From: the human T2T-CHM13v2.0 reference genome, Homo sapiens
Length of the DNA stretch: 64,000 bases
Assembly: GCF_009914755.1 (NCBI RefSeq)
Contig: NC_060936.1
Reading direction: 5' to 3' (one strand)
The notes beneath the pieces are model-generated. The model was not told the origin of the DNA. It worked only from the letters and a program-made list of their open reading frames with translations, and made no database searches. The translations under genes were made by a program, and so were the position numbers. The number at the start of each line of letters is the position of its first letter. The stretch's first letter is position 1. Below are positions 19,019 to 35,334 of the stretch, one piece after another.

Positions 19019-20457
19019 AAAAAATTAAAAACAGGTTTAAGGATGCTGGTACCATACAGGGAAGAAGGAAAGAAGGGGTGACGGAGCCAATGACACCACT
19101 GTATGTATGTGTCTGTATGTATATATATATATATGCATAGCTCAAGAAAACATAACAAAGAGGCCAGAAAAGGAATTCTAATTTTAAAATCTACTGCACT
19201 CACTGCAAACTAGGAAAATAAATCCTATTTAATCAATGTTATATATTGTTATATAAAGTGTATTAATTTTTATTCTTAAAGATGGTCACTCAGAACCTCC
19301 ATAAATTGTAATGTCTTTATCTGAATCCCTTCTGAACTATTTGTTATTCTGAATAAATTTCTGTATCTAAAGTATTATACCTAAAGTGAGGAAAATAAGA
19401 CTTGAAATATTCCCAGTAAGAAACAAATGATTTTATTTTCAGGCTAATCAGTCAGTTATAGCAGACTAAGATGGGCAAAACCAAATATGGAATTTTAAAA
19501 ACCCTACATGATAATAAATTTGGTGCATTCCCTTATGTAAATTTTCTTGCTACAGATATTCTTCTAAAACTTATGGGCTTTAAACTGTTTTCCTAAGCAT
19601 ACTCGTACCTATACACTCATGTATAGTTCATAATCCACAGGTGTGAACTAGATGGGATTAGGTAGGCAATCTATATTCAAGCTGACCAAAATGAAGCTAA
19701 AAGCCTGTCTGAAACATAAACTCATAACCTTTGTCTCATCAGCAATGCACTCCAACTGTTAAAAGATTCAAACATCAACTTGGATTTGAAAAGAGTGGGA
19801 GGCAGTGAAATACTAACAGGGAGAAAATTTATGGAGTCTATGCAAAATTTTCTATTAATGAAAACCAGCTGCAAGAACAACAGATGCCGTTTTCAGTATT
19901 TGAGCCTGGTGGAATACTAACGGGGTTTCTTCTATTCCAAGTTTCCATTTTGGAAGCAAGGCCTTGAAGTCATTATTCCCTCAGGGTCATGGGCACTCTA
20001 CAGAATACCTTTCCAAAACAACTGTTCTAGAGTCTGAATTTTCTGTCCATTAGATGTGTACAGTGTCTCTCTGAAGAGCCATTTAAAGCCATCCTTGTAT
20101 GTGAAGTTTCCCCCAAAGGAAAATTGAGACCTAACTCTGTTCTATCTATGTGATCCATAAGACCTGTAGCAAAGTCTAATTCAAAGTTGTTAATTTTAGA
20201 CTTAACACCAATATCAGGGATATAGGCCACTAATAAAACACTGTGATAAAATATTAATCACTGATTATTTTCACCATAATCTATTTGATTGCCACAAACT
20301 TAACTCTACCACTTGGTAAATATTTTTTCCCAAGCTTTGGTTAATTAGTCTTGTTCCCACACAGCCCATAAATCAATTTTAAAATTGTTTGCATGTAACC
20401 ATCATAATATTTAATATATTCTACCATCTGCCCCAACACCAGTTAACAGCAATAAAA

Positions 20458-20504
20458 GATATATATATAGATATAGATATAGATATAGATATAGATATAG
20501 ATAT
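20458..20504. repeat. (AT)n/(ATAGAT)n microsatellite
   Basis: Direct inspection. Confidence 0.95.
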
Positions 20505-20832
20505 ACACATACATGTGGGCTTTGTTTTCCTAACTTAGGACAGCCAGTTCTTCCAGTATAGATCTTACATAATTTTGGTTTGCAGAAATTGCCCCTAGGA
20601 AATTCAGAAAGTGGCTTTACCCAAAATGAGGAAAATCACTTACATAAGCTTTTAAGACTAGAAACTGATCAGCAGCCATTTCTCATACCAATACATCTCT
20701 CCATCCTAGGATTATGTGGAAGAGAATATATTATCCCTAGAATCATGAAGGTTGAGTAAAATTTCTGTAAAAGGTACCTTTGGCACCCCAGACAACTGTT
20801 AAGAAAAAAGAATATCTGTACTCAAATCATTA

Positions 20833-21213
<381 letters not shown>

Positions 21214-22125
21214 TTAAGACATTTATCCCAGCAATATATAAGATTGTGGGAAATTTTCAGATCAGTGTGTTCTAGAGCCAATCCTGAAAATGCCTCCCAA
21301 TAATGAGATTACAGTTTTACTTCTTTTTTTTTTTTTTTTTTTTTAAATATTTTGTGTGCCCTTTTCCATGAACTTTCTCTCTCTTTTCCTTGATGGCTTG
21401 TCATCTCTCTGACACAAAAGGCTTATCCCAGCAGTATTAGTCAGATGGCAAACTGAATTCTCAAAATAACTATTTCTTCCTGCAGTGCTAAGTGATTCTT
21501 ATGGCTCCTGGATGTTTAGATGGCTCTAAGGCATTGGTATATACTGAGGTGTAATTTGTCACTATGCTTGTCCTCAGAATAAATCTCAAAGTAACAAAAT
21601 TGTTGAGTATGTAAAAAGTTGTACTTCCCTGGACTATGATCAGGGTGGCATGGCAAAACAAAACAAACAACAACAACAAACTAGAAGTAAAGCTGCATGG
21701 GCTGGCAAAGTTTTGGAAATCAAGTCATTCATGTATTTAGGGAAAAAAAAGTAAGCTATATTCTTACTATAAAGTACTGAAAATGGAATTAAAGCTTCTA
21801 GGGGAAGGGAAAGAGTTCTGAAAACAATTTCTTCCCACATTTTTCATGGTAATGATGCAATCCGAGCAAAATCTGCAGACAACACCCAAAGTCAGCAAAC
21901 ATGGACTTAATTTAGAAAGAAAAAATATCTAAGACATCCAAGGCAAAAAACTAGCAATTTTTAAACTTGAGATTGTATTCTAATCACCATATCCTAAAAT
22001 AGACAGCCATTAAAGAGCTGTTTACTGGAAACCAATATATATGTCATGTTATCTTAGTCAATGTTTTCAGGAACCTGTGAAAAACAGAAACACCACACAG
22101 AATTTACTATCAGTAGAGCTTCTTA

Positions 22126-22656
<531 letters not shown>

Positions 22657-22929
22657 TTAGAGTGGAAATGGAAAGTAATACAGTGAAATAGAAGAGTCTA
22701 CTCTGAGGTCAAGCTGTTTAATGGCTAACTCTCCAAATTAAGTTGTGATACATTCTATGGTTTCATTGGAATTAATCCAGCTATTTAAAAGTACAATGAA
22801 TAATGACTATGTAATGACTAAGAAGCTAAGTAGCTCAGTATTAAAGGAGAAGGAAATGTAGGATATAGATCCTTTGTTCAAGAAGCATTTTTTAAAAAAA
22901 GATAAAGAAATTTAGGACAAGAATCTTTG

Positions 22930-23070
22930 TGCTTGATAGGAATGTTCTAAAATTGGATTGTGGTGATAACTGCGTAACTCTGTAAATTTACTAAAAAGTC
23001 ACCGAATTGTACAATTTAAAAAATGGATGGATTTTATATGCTATGTAAGTTACATCTCAGTAAAACTGTC
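22930..23070 (+). mobile_element. L1M 3'-end fragment
   Basis: AATGTTCTAAAATTGGATTGTGGTGAT...GAATTGTACAATTTAAA motif. Confidence 0.75.
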
Positions 23071-23169
23071 TTAACAAAGAGAAATACAGGGCAATACCTC
23101 ACAGAATTGAGGACAAAGCAAGCTATGGAGAAACAAACAGCTGCAATGGAGGGAAGGAACCAGATAAAC

Positions 23170-23365
23170 ATAACACAGTGGTTAAGAGTTGTGGATCCAA
23201 TATAATTTGATTCAAGAAGCTACACAAACTTTGGGAAAATATCTAATCTCGCTAAGCCTAGTTTCCCCATCTATACCTTGTAAGGTTGTTGTAAGGATTA
23301 AAGGAGATAAATCTAAAACTCAGGAAAGTACTGAACATTTAAGTACTCAAGAAATATTAACTAAT
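23170..23365 (+). mobile_element. MIR
   Basis: AGTGGTTAAGAG...GCCTAGTTTCCCCATCTATA...GGATTAAAGGAGATAA core. Confidence 0.7.
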
Positions 23366-24994
23366 ACTTAACAACAGTATTAAAAAATAAAGATTTTCAG
23401 ATTTTTATTTCACTGAATTTTAAATTAGGTTTATTTATGAACTGTTTAAAGCCCAAGCCCCAAATACTTAACCACATAACCAAGAATGAAGATACTGAGC
23501 TCAATCTTTTTTTCATTTTAAATGTTCAAGTAAACCACCAGCAAAAAATCGTCTAACTATAGGAAGCTAATAAAAGACAGTAAGCAAATTGACAACTGAA
23601 AGAATAAGAAAAGATTCCCAGCTAAATAAATGAGTCCAAAACAAAATACTGGCATATAAACTTCAAGAATCAATCTGCAATTACAAGTCAAAAAACTGAG
23701 AAGAGGAGTGAAGCCTCTCAATATCAGCCCTTTCACTCTAGAGCTAATTATAAATGAATTCCAACTTGAAGAAAATACAGCCCAAATGCCACTGCAGGAA
23801 CCAAGTAGGAATAACTTTGTACAATTCACTGCCCCGGCTAACAACCAAAAGGAGCCAGCCTAGAACTTCACAAAGAAGTCATAGAGCTGTTAATTTGAGC
23901 AAGGTGATCAAAACAGAACAGTTAACTTAAGGCTACTACATGCCAAATGCACACATGAAATTCAAAACTGGTTAAATATGTACACTTGCACTGCTGTGAG
24001 GGAGCAGATAGACCATTATTGCTAAAATAAATCCTCTGTTTTAAAGTCAGGCTACATTTTTAAAGAAAAAAGCAACATTACAAAAACCTTTTGTTTTAAA
24101 TTGAAACCAAATTGCTGTCTGCCATGGAAACCATTTGACCAAGAGTCAGCCAGCTTCACCTTTTACTATGAGGATAATTTATCAATGCCAAGTCATAACA
24201 AACATCCTGTACACAGACTCAATTCCATCTCTCTGACTCCCTGGCCCCCTTGCCAGGGACTCTAACACACTCCAAAACACAGGCTTCTGCTTTTCAGAGT
24301 TAGATAAAGAAGCCACAGCTAAATACAACAATTTTCTTACCAGGTCTTGCTGGTTGCTAGAGAACCAGATGGTGATCCATAGGGGTGAGAATGAAGAATA
24401 ACATTCTCATTAAGAAGAAAAACAGAAGAACTGGTGTTCTTCCAAACTGGAAGTCCCTTAAAATGTCCTAAATCAGTATACTTTCTCCAACGTGCCCTCT
24501 CTCTATAGGGAATTAAGAGTAAGGAGAACAGGCAAAGTGTGTTTCTTAAGTATAAAAAGAAGTTGTTTTAAATATGGATTTTTTTTCCCAGCTCTGAAAG
24601 CATCTCTCTGTTGTTAAAAAGCAATTTAAAACATCCTTAAATAATTTGTTATAAAATATATCTCATGATATTCTTTGTAGCTAAAAGTTTAATAAACATA
24701 CTTTCTTTCACAGAGGTTCTTTATTCACAAATGCTACCTGTTAAAAATATATTCCTTATGCGACTACTCATTTCCATAGTTATCAACTGTGATATCAATG
24801 ACTATGAGATTTGACAGAAAAGATACAACACGTAACTTTTTTCAAAAATATGTTATTTAAAACACTAAAATAATTTATAAAATAGCATTCAAGTGATGCC
24901 ACAGAACAAAACACTCCTATTCTATAACCATGTGTGAAGACTGTGAAATTAAGTGACTGGTCTCCCAAAGCAGTATAACCTAGAGAGCTGATTA

Positions 24995-25315
<321 letters not shown>

Positions 25316-26098
25316 CTATCAAACCATCTGCAAAGACAGGAATTAATCAGTGTGAATTTACTTAGTATTTTGTAACCAAAGAGGAATACACAAGAAGTAA
25401 AGCAGGAGATCCCTGCCCTAAAAGAGGTTACAATTTAGTCAGTTAAACAAAATTAACAAAAACAAAACTAAAAACAAACAAACAAACAAACAAAAAAAAC
25501 CAATAAAACTAAGTGCTATTTTGCACATTATAGACAATAAGTACAGAGTCAAATGGGAAAAAAACCGCTGAGGTTTAAAGAATTGAAGAAGAGCTTTGTG
25601 GAGTATACAGCACGGGAGCCTTCAAGGATAGGAAGGATAGATAAGAGGACATTTCAAGTATGGTAAAGCTATCTGAATAAAACTTTGGGGGCTATAAACT
25701 GGGTAAGATATTAAGGTGAACAGTATAACTGGAGGTTAAGGTTTCTACTGACTAATAGGAACTAAAGCTGAATGAATACAAAGAATGGGAATAGATTAAA
25801 GTGAAGGACACTGAAAGCCAAGAAAAGTAATTATGTTGAAAAGTCATGCCTTGGGAAGATTAACATAGAAGGGATAAGCAGAAAAAAGGGGAAAATGAAA
25901 ATCAGAGAAAACTAATTAGCAAACTTTGGAAATTATGGAAAGGGATATGTCCAAACAATACTCACAGAAAAAAATCAACATAAGATGGAGACCAATGGAA
26001 CATGAAAGATAAAAGTAACCAACATCAAAGATAACTGCAAATTCTCAAATTAGTAAAACATAAAGGACCAACAATGCCATTTAAAAAGAAAAACAAGA

Positions 26099-26390
26099 GG
26101 CCAGGCACGGTGGCTCGTGACTATAATCCCAGCACTTTGGGAGGCCTAGGTGCGTGGATCACTTGAGCCCAGGAGTTTGAGACCAGCCTGGGTCACCAAC
26201 ATGGTGAGACCCTACCTCTATAAAAAATACTAAAATTAGCCAGGTGTGGTGGCATATGCCTGTAGTCCCAGCTACTAGGGAGGCTGAGGTGGAAAGATCA
26301 CTTGAGCCTGGAAGTTCGAGGCTGCAGGGAGCCGTGATCACATAAACGCACAACAGAGCAAGACTCTATCTCAAAAAACAAACAAAAAAC
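26099..26390 (+). mobile_element. Alu (AluJ-like)
   Basis: Alu consensus. Confidence 0.92.
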
Positions 26391-26929
26391 AGGGAAAATT
26401 CTCTTTTGAGGGCTATGAAGAATAAAAAAATTCATACAAGTGACTGAACATTTTCTTTTGTACAGAAGAGTAACACATACACTTAAAAACATTTTTATGG
26501 GCTCATGATCATCAGATTCCAACATAACACTTTCAATATTTGATTATCTCCCCCTAAATGGAGAGCTAATATAAAGCAACATATGTTGCAAAATCTCTTC
26601 ATTTTTGGCTATGTAATAAAATCTGAAATACACTCAGACAGATGCCAGACATTTATTTACACAAAAGTGCCAAACCCTTAACATTCTCGTATTCCTTTTA
26701 AACCTAATTCCAGTCCTCTCTTACAAGTTCTCAGCAGTCATAGCCCGAGTCATTGTAAAGGCTGACCAAACACAGAACCAAAACTAAGGAAAACAAGGTG
26801 GGAGGGGTACACAGAAAAGTTTAAGTAGGTATTTTATTTAGCAAGCTGAGGTACTTAAATTCAAATATATTCTAGATTAACAGAGTTTTCATTTAAAAAG
26901 AAGAGGCGTTTTTGTGTGTGTGTGTGTGT

Positions 26930-27233
<304 letters not shown>

Positions 27234-27418
27234 CAAGAGTTTGTTTTTTAAACACACTCACATCAACACATTCAACTACATACTGAAAGAAATAATATGA
27301 ACAAAAAAACTCATTTGTGTATAAGCCTAGCATATAAGCTATCTCAATTTTTAAATTATCTCTCTCTTCTCCACCTCTAAAAGCGCTGACTCAAAAAGGC
27401 TGAGGTGGTCTGTAGTGA

Positions 27419-27882
<464 letters not shown>

Positions 27883-28005
27883 TAACTCTTTTTTATTCCC
27901 GCCAACTATCTTTGGATATGCCCTCCCTCCTCCTGATCCTCACTAAAGCCAGACATTAGAGTGCTACAAAGCTGTTCCAACTTGCAATTTAAAAATCAAG
28001 GATCA

Positions 28006-28290
<285 letters not shown>

Positions 28291-29017
28291 TTAGTTCACA
28301 TTAACACATACAAATCTTGAGTAATACATACCAATAGGTCAAATACACCTATAAAAAATAATTCACATAATGAATTCATATATATTTTTAAGGTGTCCAA
28401 AAGCCCCAAACAAGCATTTGGGAATAGTCCCTAACTTGGCAGCAGCCTCAAGTTCAGTACAAGATACCCGGCAGAGAGAGAGCACTGCTTTTTCATTGTT
28501 TGCACTGCTGTCAAATCCTACTCTTCAACTACCATCTCTGGACTCACAGCTTCCACCCTTTCACACAATTCATGTCATCAGACAGAGAAAGGTAAGCAAT
28601 GAGAAAAATCACAGGGGTTACAGTTGGCACTGAAGTAGATTTATATCAGCAATAGGTTTTTTCCTTCTTGATGTGGAAGAACAAAGAACCTGAGCCTGTT
28701 TTGTCCATCACTTCTTATGGTTTTGATAACTGAGAATGAAACATAAACATGAGGCCAAAATGGCATGCAGGTAGCACTCTCCCCGCAAACCCCAGTCTAG
28801 CTCCAGCAAGTGATCATCTTAGCTGACTTTTCACTATATTCAGGCAGCCAAAAAGAAGTCCTGTTAGTGGTAGAATATGTTCATGAGACAAAGCAGATCC
28901 AAAATTTTCACAAGCAATACATACTTTTTAAAAGGAAAAGTAGACAGCCTAGTTAGTACTTAAGGCACAGAACTTTGTAGAGTATTAGAGAGAGTTATAG
29001 AATAAGCAAATGCTGAG

Positions 29018-29321
29018 GGCCGGGCGCAGTGGCTCACGTCTGTAATCCCAGCACTTTGGGAGGCCGAGGTGGGTGGATCACAAGGTCAGGAGTTCAAGAG
29101 CAGCCTGGCCAAGATGGTAAAACCCCATCTCTACTAAAAATACAAAAAAATTAGCCAGGCGTGGTGGTGGGCGCCTGTAATCCCAGACACTCGGAAGGCT
29201 GAGGCAGAGAACTGCTTGAATCCAGGAGGCGGAGGTTGCAGTGAGCCGAGATCGCGCCACTGCACTCCAGCCTGGGCGACAGAGCGAGACTCATCTCAAA
29301 AAAAAAAAAAAGAAAAAAAAA
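29018..29321 (+). mobile_element. Alu (AluSg-like)
   Basis: TSD AGAATAAGCAAATGCT. Confidence 0.95.
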
Positions 29322-30544
29322 AGAATAAGCAAATGCTCTGGAATAATGAACAAATCACGTTTTGAGTCAAAATAATATTCAAGAAAATACATGTTTTGAT
29401 ATTTTCATAAATCCAAGTTTCCCAATAGCCCACCCAGGAGGCAGAGATGGGCAGAGAGGGAGGAAGGGAAAGAAAAATGAAGGGAAAAGGGAAGGGAAAG
29501 CATAAGCTACTGAAGAGAAATTAAAAGTATCATATATTTTAAGGAAGATGATTCAATTTTCAGGTCCTTGAGGTTAACTGATGATTTCTACTATCTAACA
29601 GACTACCAGCATATTAAATTAAAAGCAATTAAGGTCATTTTTACGTGTAAGCAGGATTACCGTCTGTGATTGCACATGGAATGATCTTAGTCTAAAGCAT
29701 TATAAATTCAGACAAAATACCTGCACTGCCAACCCATATCACCAGTTTTCTCATTTTCCTTAATCCTCTCTTCCCTAAGTAAAAAGCTCACTATTCCTTC
29801 TAATTTCCCAAAGAGAACTGTCACAATACCTTCTCCTGAAGTGCTTTCTTCCACTTTTTAAATGGACAGTTTTATTAAATTTACTAAAGAGACTATATTA
29901 TTTACAGGGTGATGGCACAGTTTATGTTCAATTTTAAACAGGCCTGTATATTTCACACTAAAGTCTTCCAAAATTCATGGTGGAAACAGAGAGAGAACTG
30001 AGAAAGCTGCCAAAAAAGACAAGTAACACAAATGAAAAATAAAGAGTAGTTAAAACTAAGTTACTTGGCATTTCACCATCTTAAAGAACTGCTTTGAAAA
30101 ACTCAAGGAAAAAAAAGGCTTCAAAAAGTTTTGTATATCATTAAGTGAAAAGTTGAAATTCACTCTACTGAACTAAACATAGGAAAATAAACATATGGAA
30201 AAGGCAAAATCCCTAAAAGCTATATTCATTTTATATATTAATTGAATGCATAAACTTAGAACTCAGAGGTGAGCTTAAATCCCCCCTTGACACTTATTAC
30301 TGACACCATTTCTGCAAGCTTTATTTCTTCATCTGTCAACGGAAGGTAATAATCTATCCTCACTGCGTTAATGTGAAGATTAAATAACATACGCAAAAGC
30401 CATTCAGCACTACGCTTGCTACTTAACACTTTCGTTAATGATTCCTCAATTTTAAGACACATATTTTCAATATTTTAACATTTCTGATATAAGGGTAACA
30501 TTTACAATGTGAATATTTCATGTGGTAGTTTTTAAAATCAGTAA

Positions 30545-30888
<344 letters not shown>

Positions 30889-31214
30889 TTAACACTAAAT
30901 ATAAATGTCACTTTCTTTTCATAGCCATTCTTAATTTCCTCCCGCCACAAGCCAAGTTAGTTTTCTTTCTCTACGTTCTCATAACAGTTAGTGAACTGTT
31001 TTATAACTGTTCACCTATCCAGCAACTCTATAACAGATGACCTTTTTGAGAGTAAAACTCTAGCTTATTTATATACCAAGGATCCCACACAATGGTAAGG
31101 TGTACAAATTAGGCAGACTTACTAAACACTCTGGGGATGCTTGATAAAATTAAATGTTTTTAAGAAAATATGTAATTAACAGAGCTGAACAAAAGGCAGA
31201 ACTAAGAACACTAT

Positions 31215-31905
31215 CATGCAAGGGTGATATAATGATTTGTCCAGCCAACTATGACTTGTTCCTGAAAGTAGGGATAACCACACAGAGTATTCCCCTTTCT
31301 TCTCTCTGGCTGAGATTACCAAGTAAGCCTACCTCCTGATCCCCATCTGGAAACACAAGTTACTTCAAGGAGGAGTTGATCATGGCTGCTAAGAACCAAG
31401 CTGGCAGGTAAGATCCAAGCCCAGTTCCTCAATAGTAGGTCACAACGATAACAGAAACTAAAAAATGGATCACCAAACTGGGGACCACAGAAAAGAAACA
31501 GAGACTCCCCCCAACCTCACTGAAGTTTTCATATAGTGCTTGCAATCTCTGAGCATCATCTCCTGCCTATGTCTGTCACATTCTGCAACTTACTGATAAA
31601 GCTCACCACTGCCAATACCTCCCAGGCACCTCTTGCTAGCTCTTTGAGATTCTTTGAACTCTGCAAGTGGTTCTTTTAAACTCTGCACCAACTGGACTTA
31701 TCCTTTATAAAACACCTGCATGCCCTCATTTAGTTTTTGTTTCTGGACCTCCTCACAGATAGTCATCTTCTGCTCCTCTCTCAGAACTGCCCACTTGTGT
31801 GAGTAATAAATCTTTCTTTAATCATACCACAGGACTGCTGTCATGAGTTCTGACATCTGAACTTAACCTTGGAAGGAAGCTTCCCTTCACCACAGTGAAG
31901 CTGTA
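31215..31905 (+). mobile_element. Old solo LTR (ERVL, MER54/MER74-like)
   Basis: TATA-like TTATAAAA near 31705, AATAAA at 31805, GACATCTGAAC...-type 3' end; family recalled from memory. Confidence 0.55.
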
Positions 31906-31919
31906 ATAATATCTAAGAA

Positions 31920-34900
31920 GACAATGTCAGCAGTGATGGCAAAGCTTTGGAAAAATCTCCATGAATCCTCCATGTGAAAACAGAGAACAACTAGGTAATG
32001 AACCCCAAATCCCATGGACAACATTCACAACAAAGCTAGGTAAAACCCAAGATACAAAATGGTAGAGAAAACTACCAACAGCCATTAAGATATGACTGAT
32101 ATTGGCACCTCTGCAGGATATGAGAAAGAAACAATAGGACATCTGGCAGGACAGAACACATAAAACAGACAACATTGGAAAGCTTAGTAGACCAATCTGA
32201 GAACAGCAACCAGCTATGAGGTGTTCTGGCCACTTCAAGAGTAAGTGAATACAATGAATTCATCGTCAGGCACTGAAAGGTCTAGCACTATACTTTAACC
32301 TATTGTGAACTCTCAAAATTGTCCTTCCCGGGCTCCCTTCCAGACAAAGCGTCATACTGAAGAGAAATCACTGGGAGCGGACTGAAAAGTGTGCATGATT
32401 GGTACAGGAGAACAATGGGAAAATAAGGTACAGAAAAAAGCAGAAAAAGTAAAGTGGGAGAGCCAGGAAATCCAGAAAGCTAGCTGCCATTATTTTTTAA
32501 ACACATATACATAGACATGAGAGTTCTGTGAAACTGGAGAACTTATGAACTCTGCCTTCTTCTGAATGTTCAAGCAAAACAGTTTCACCTGAAAATAAGA
32601 AAACAAATTACTAACATCAAATCCCATTAATAAGTTAATATTAAAAATAAGAAAAGGATAAAGTGAAGAATAACATTCCTACAGACAATAAAAAAGTATG
32701 CCAGAAAGATATAGAAATAGAACAAATTAAACTGATAACTTATTTCAAAACAGTCAAAGTATTTAAAGTAAGATACTAGTCATAAATGAACAACACAAAT
32801 TAGAATCAGACAACTCACAAGTGAGGGGACAGAACTTGAAAGAATGAGAAATACAAAAATACATCATTTCAGAAATGAAGTCTACGAAATAAGAATGAAT
32901 AAACATAATACATAAAGAAAAAAATGAAAAGGAAGAAATATTACATAATAGAAAAAAATATTTTCAAAAAATAAAATATTTGAAGGACAAAGGACAAGGA
33001 AGAGAACAGAACTATACTGGAACAAGGAAATGACTCCAGATGGTAACTTGAACCCTCAGGAAAAATGAAGAATACCAGAAATAGTAAATATGCAGGTTAA
33101 TAAAAAAGACTCTATAAATAATGTTTTCTCTTTTTCCTTTAACCTTTTTAACAGACATAAGATTGTATAAAGCAATAAGTATAACCCTGTGTTAGATATA
33201 ATAGAAATGAACTATAAATGACAATAATAGCAGAAAGGATGGGAGAGAGAATGGAGATATACTTAGAGTAAAATGTATGTACTTTTCATAATTAAGTTAA
33301 TATTACCACAAAGTAGATTTTGACAAAATGCACGTTGCAATCCCTAAAATAATTACCTTTAAAATCCCCAAAATACAGTTTAAAATTATCAACCAAGGAA
33401 TCAAAATGACACACCAGAAAATATCTACTTAATACAAAGGACAAAGGAACAAAGATGACATAAGATAATTTAAAAAAAAAAAAACACTAAAATGTCAGAC
33501 ATAAGCCCAACCATATCATTAATGACATTCAATGTGAATAAACACACCAATCAAAAGGCAAAGGCTGTTAGACTGAATAAAGCAAAGGTTACACTATATG
33601 CTGTTTATAAAAGCACATTTTACATTCAAAGATACAAATAGATTGAAAAGAAAAGGTTACAGTAGACAGTAACCATAAGAGAGCTGGAGCAGCTCTATCA
33701 GACAAAAAAGATTTTAAGTATAAAAAGGTAACTAGAGATACAGTGGCAGGTTTTATGAGAAAGAGTCATCAGGAAGTTACAATTAGAAACATACAGGTAC
33801 CTAAAAACAGAGCCCCAGAACAAATGAAGCAAAACCTGACAGAAATCAAAGGAAAAATGGGCAGTTCAATAATATAGTTGGAGAGCTCAACACCCTATTC
33901 TCACTAAAGGAAAGAACAACTAGATAGAAAATTACCAAGGATATAGAAAATTTGAACATTATTAACCAACTTAACCTACTATCTATAGAACATTCCATGC
34001 AACAAAAGAATACACAATCTTTTCACGTACACGTGGAACTTTCTCCGGGACACCACATGCTAGGAGACAGAATTAATCTTAAAAGACTGAACTCATATAA
34101 AATAAAAAGACTGAACTCATATAAAATAGACTACTATCTGACCATAATGAAATTCATGAAGAAATCAACGGAAGAAAATTTGGGAAATCAAATTATTTTC
34201 TAAATTTTTGAAATTTCTTTCTCAATTTCCTCTAAATCAGCAATGAGTCGAGGAAGAAATTACAATAAAAGTTTTTAAATATTTTGAGCTAAAAGAAAAT
34301 GAAAATACAAAATATGGAAACGTATATAGAATACTAATGCCTATACTAGAAAAGAAGAGAGATTACAAATCAATTATTTATGATTTGACCTTAAGAAACT
34401 GTAAGAAGAGTAGATTAAATCCAAAGCAAGTGTAAGGAAGAAAATAAAAACATTAGGGTTAAAAAAAAAAAAGGCAATGAAACAGAAAACAGAAAAACAA
34501 TAAAGGGGGAAAAATCAATAAAACCAGAAGCTGGTTGTTCTTTGAAAAGACCCACAAAATTGACAACCCTTTAGTGCTAGACTGACCCAAAAAAAAAGAC
34601 GCAAATTGTGAAAACTGTGAATAAAGTGATGAATGAAAGAGAAACACTGCCTTACAGAAATTAAAAGGATTATTAGGCAATACCATAAACAACTTTATGC
34701 CAACAAATTAGACAAATTTATGAAACAAAAATATTCCTGGAAAAAAACCAAATTACTAAAACTGACTCAAGAAGAAACAGAAAATCTGATAGATCTACAA
34801 CAAACAAGGAAATTGAATTTGTAATTAATATCTTCCCAAAAAGAAATCCCCATGCCCAGATGGCAGGAAAAGTTGTATCAACTGGTCACACACTTTTCCA

Positions 34901-35330
34901 GAAAACAAAGAAAGAGGAAATATCTTCCGACTCTATGAGGCTGATATTATGCTAATCTCAAAACCAAATAAACACAAGAAAAACAGACTACGGATTAATA
35001 TCCTTCACTATTAAAGACATAAAAATCCTCAACAGAATATTAGCAAACCAAATCTAACAACATTTCAAAAGAAGTATAAACCACGACCAAGTAGAACTTA
35101 CCCCAGAAATGCAAGATCGGTTTAACAACTGAAAACCAATTACTGAAATTCACCATGTTCATAAAATAAAGAATAAAACCACATAATCATTTCCATAGAT
35201 GCAGAAAAAGGAACGGACAAAATCCAGTAATTATTCATGGTAAATCTGTCCATGAACTAGGAATAGAAAGGAACTTCCTCAACCTGATAAAATCCCTTTA
35301 TTAAAAAAACCTACAGGTAATATCATGCTC
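31920..35330 (+). mobile_element. Degenerate old L1 (L1M type): 5' region/ORF1 remnant, inter-ORF, ORF2 endonuclease to RT
   Basis: A-rich strand; ORF2-like peptides (EIKRIIRQYHKQLYANKLD; ISIDAEK); many stops. Confidence 0.88.
34081..34128. repeat. Perfect 24-bp tandem duplication AAAAGACTGAACTCATATAAAATA x2
   Basis: Direct inspection. Confidence 0.95.
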
Positions 35331-35334
35331 AAGA

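Noticed and set aside
19811-19925. Two TACTAAC branch-point/QKI motifs
   Set aside because: On the plus strand, antisense to the LRP6 pre-mRNA
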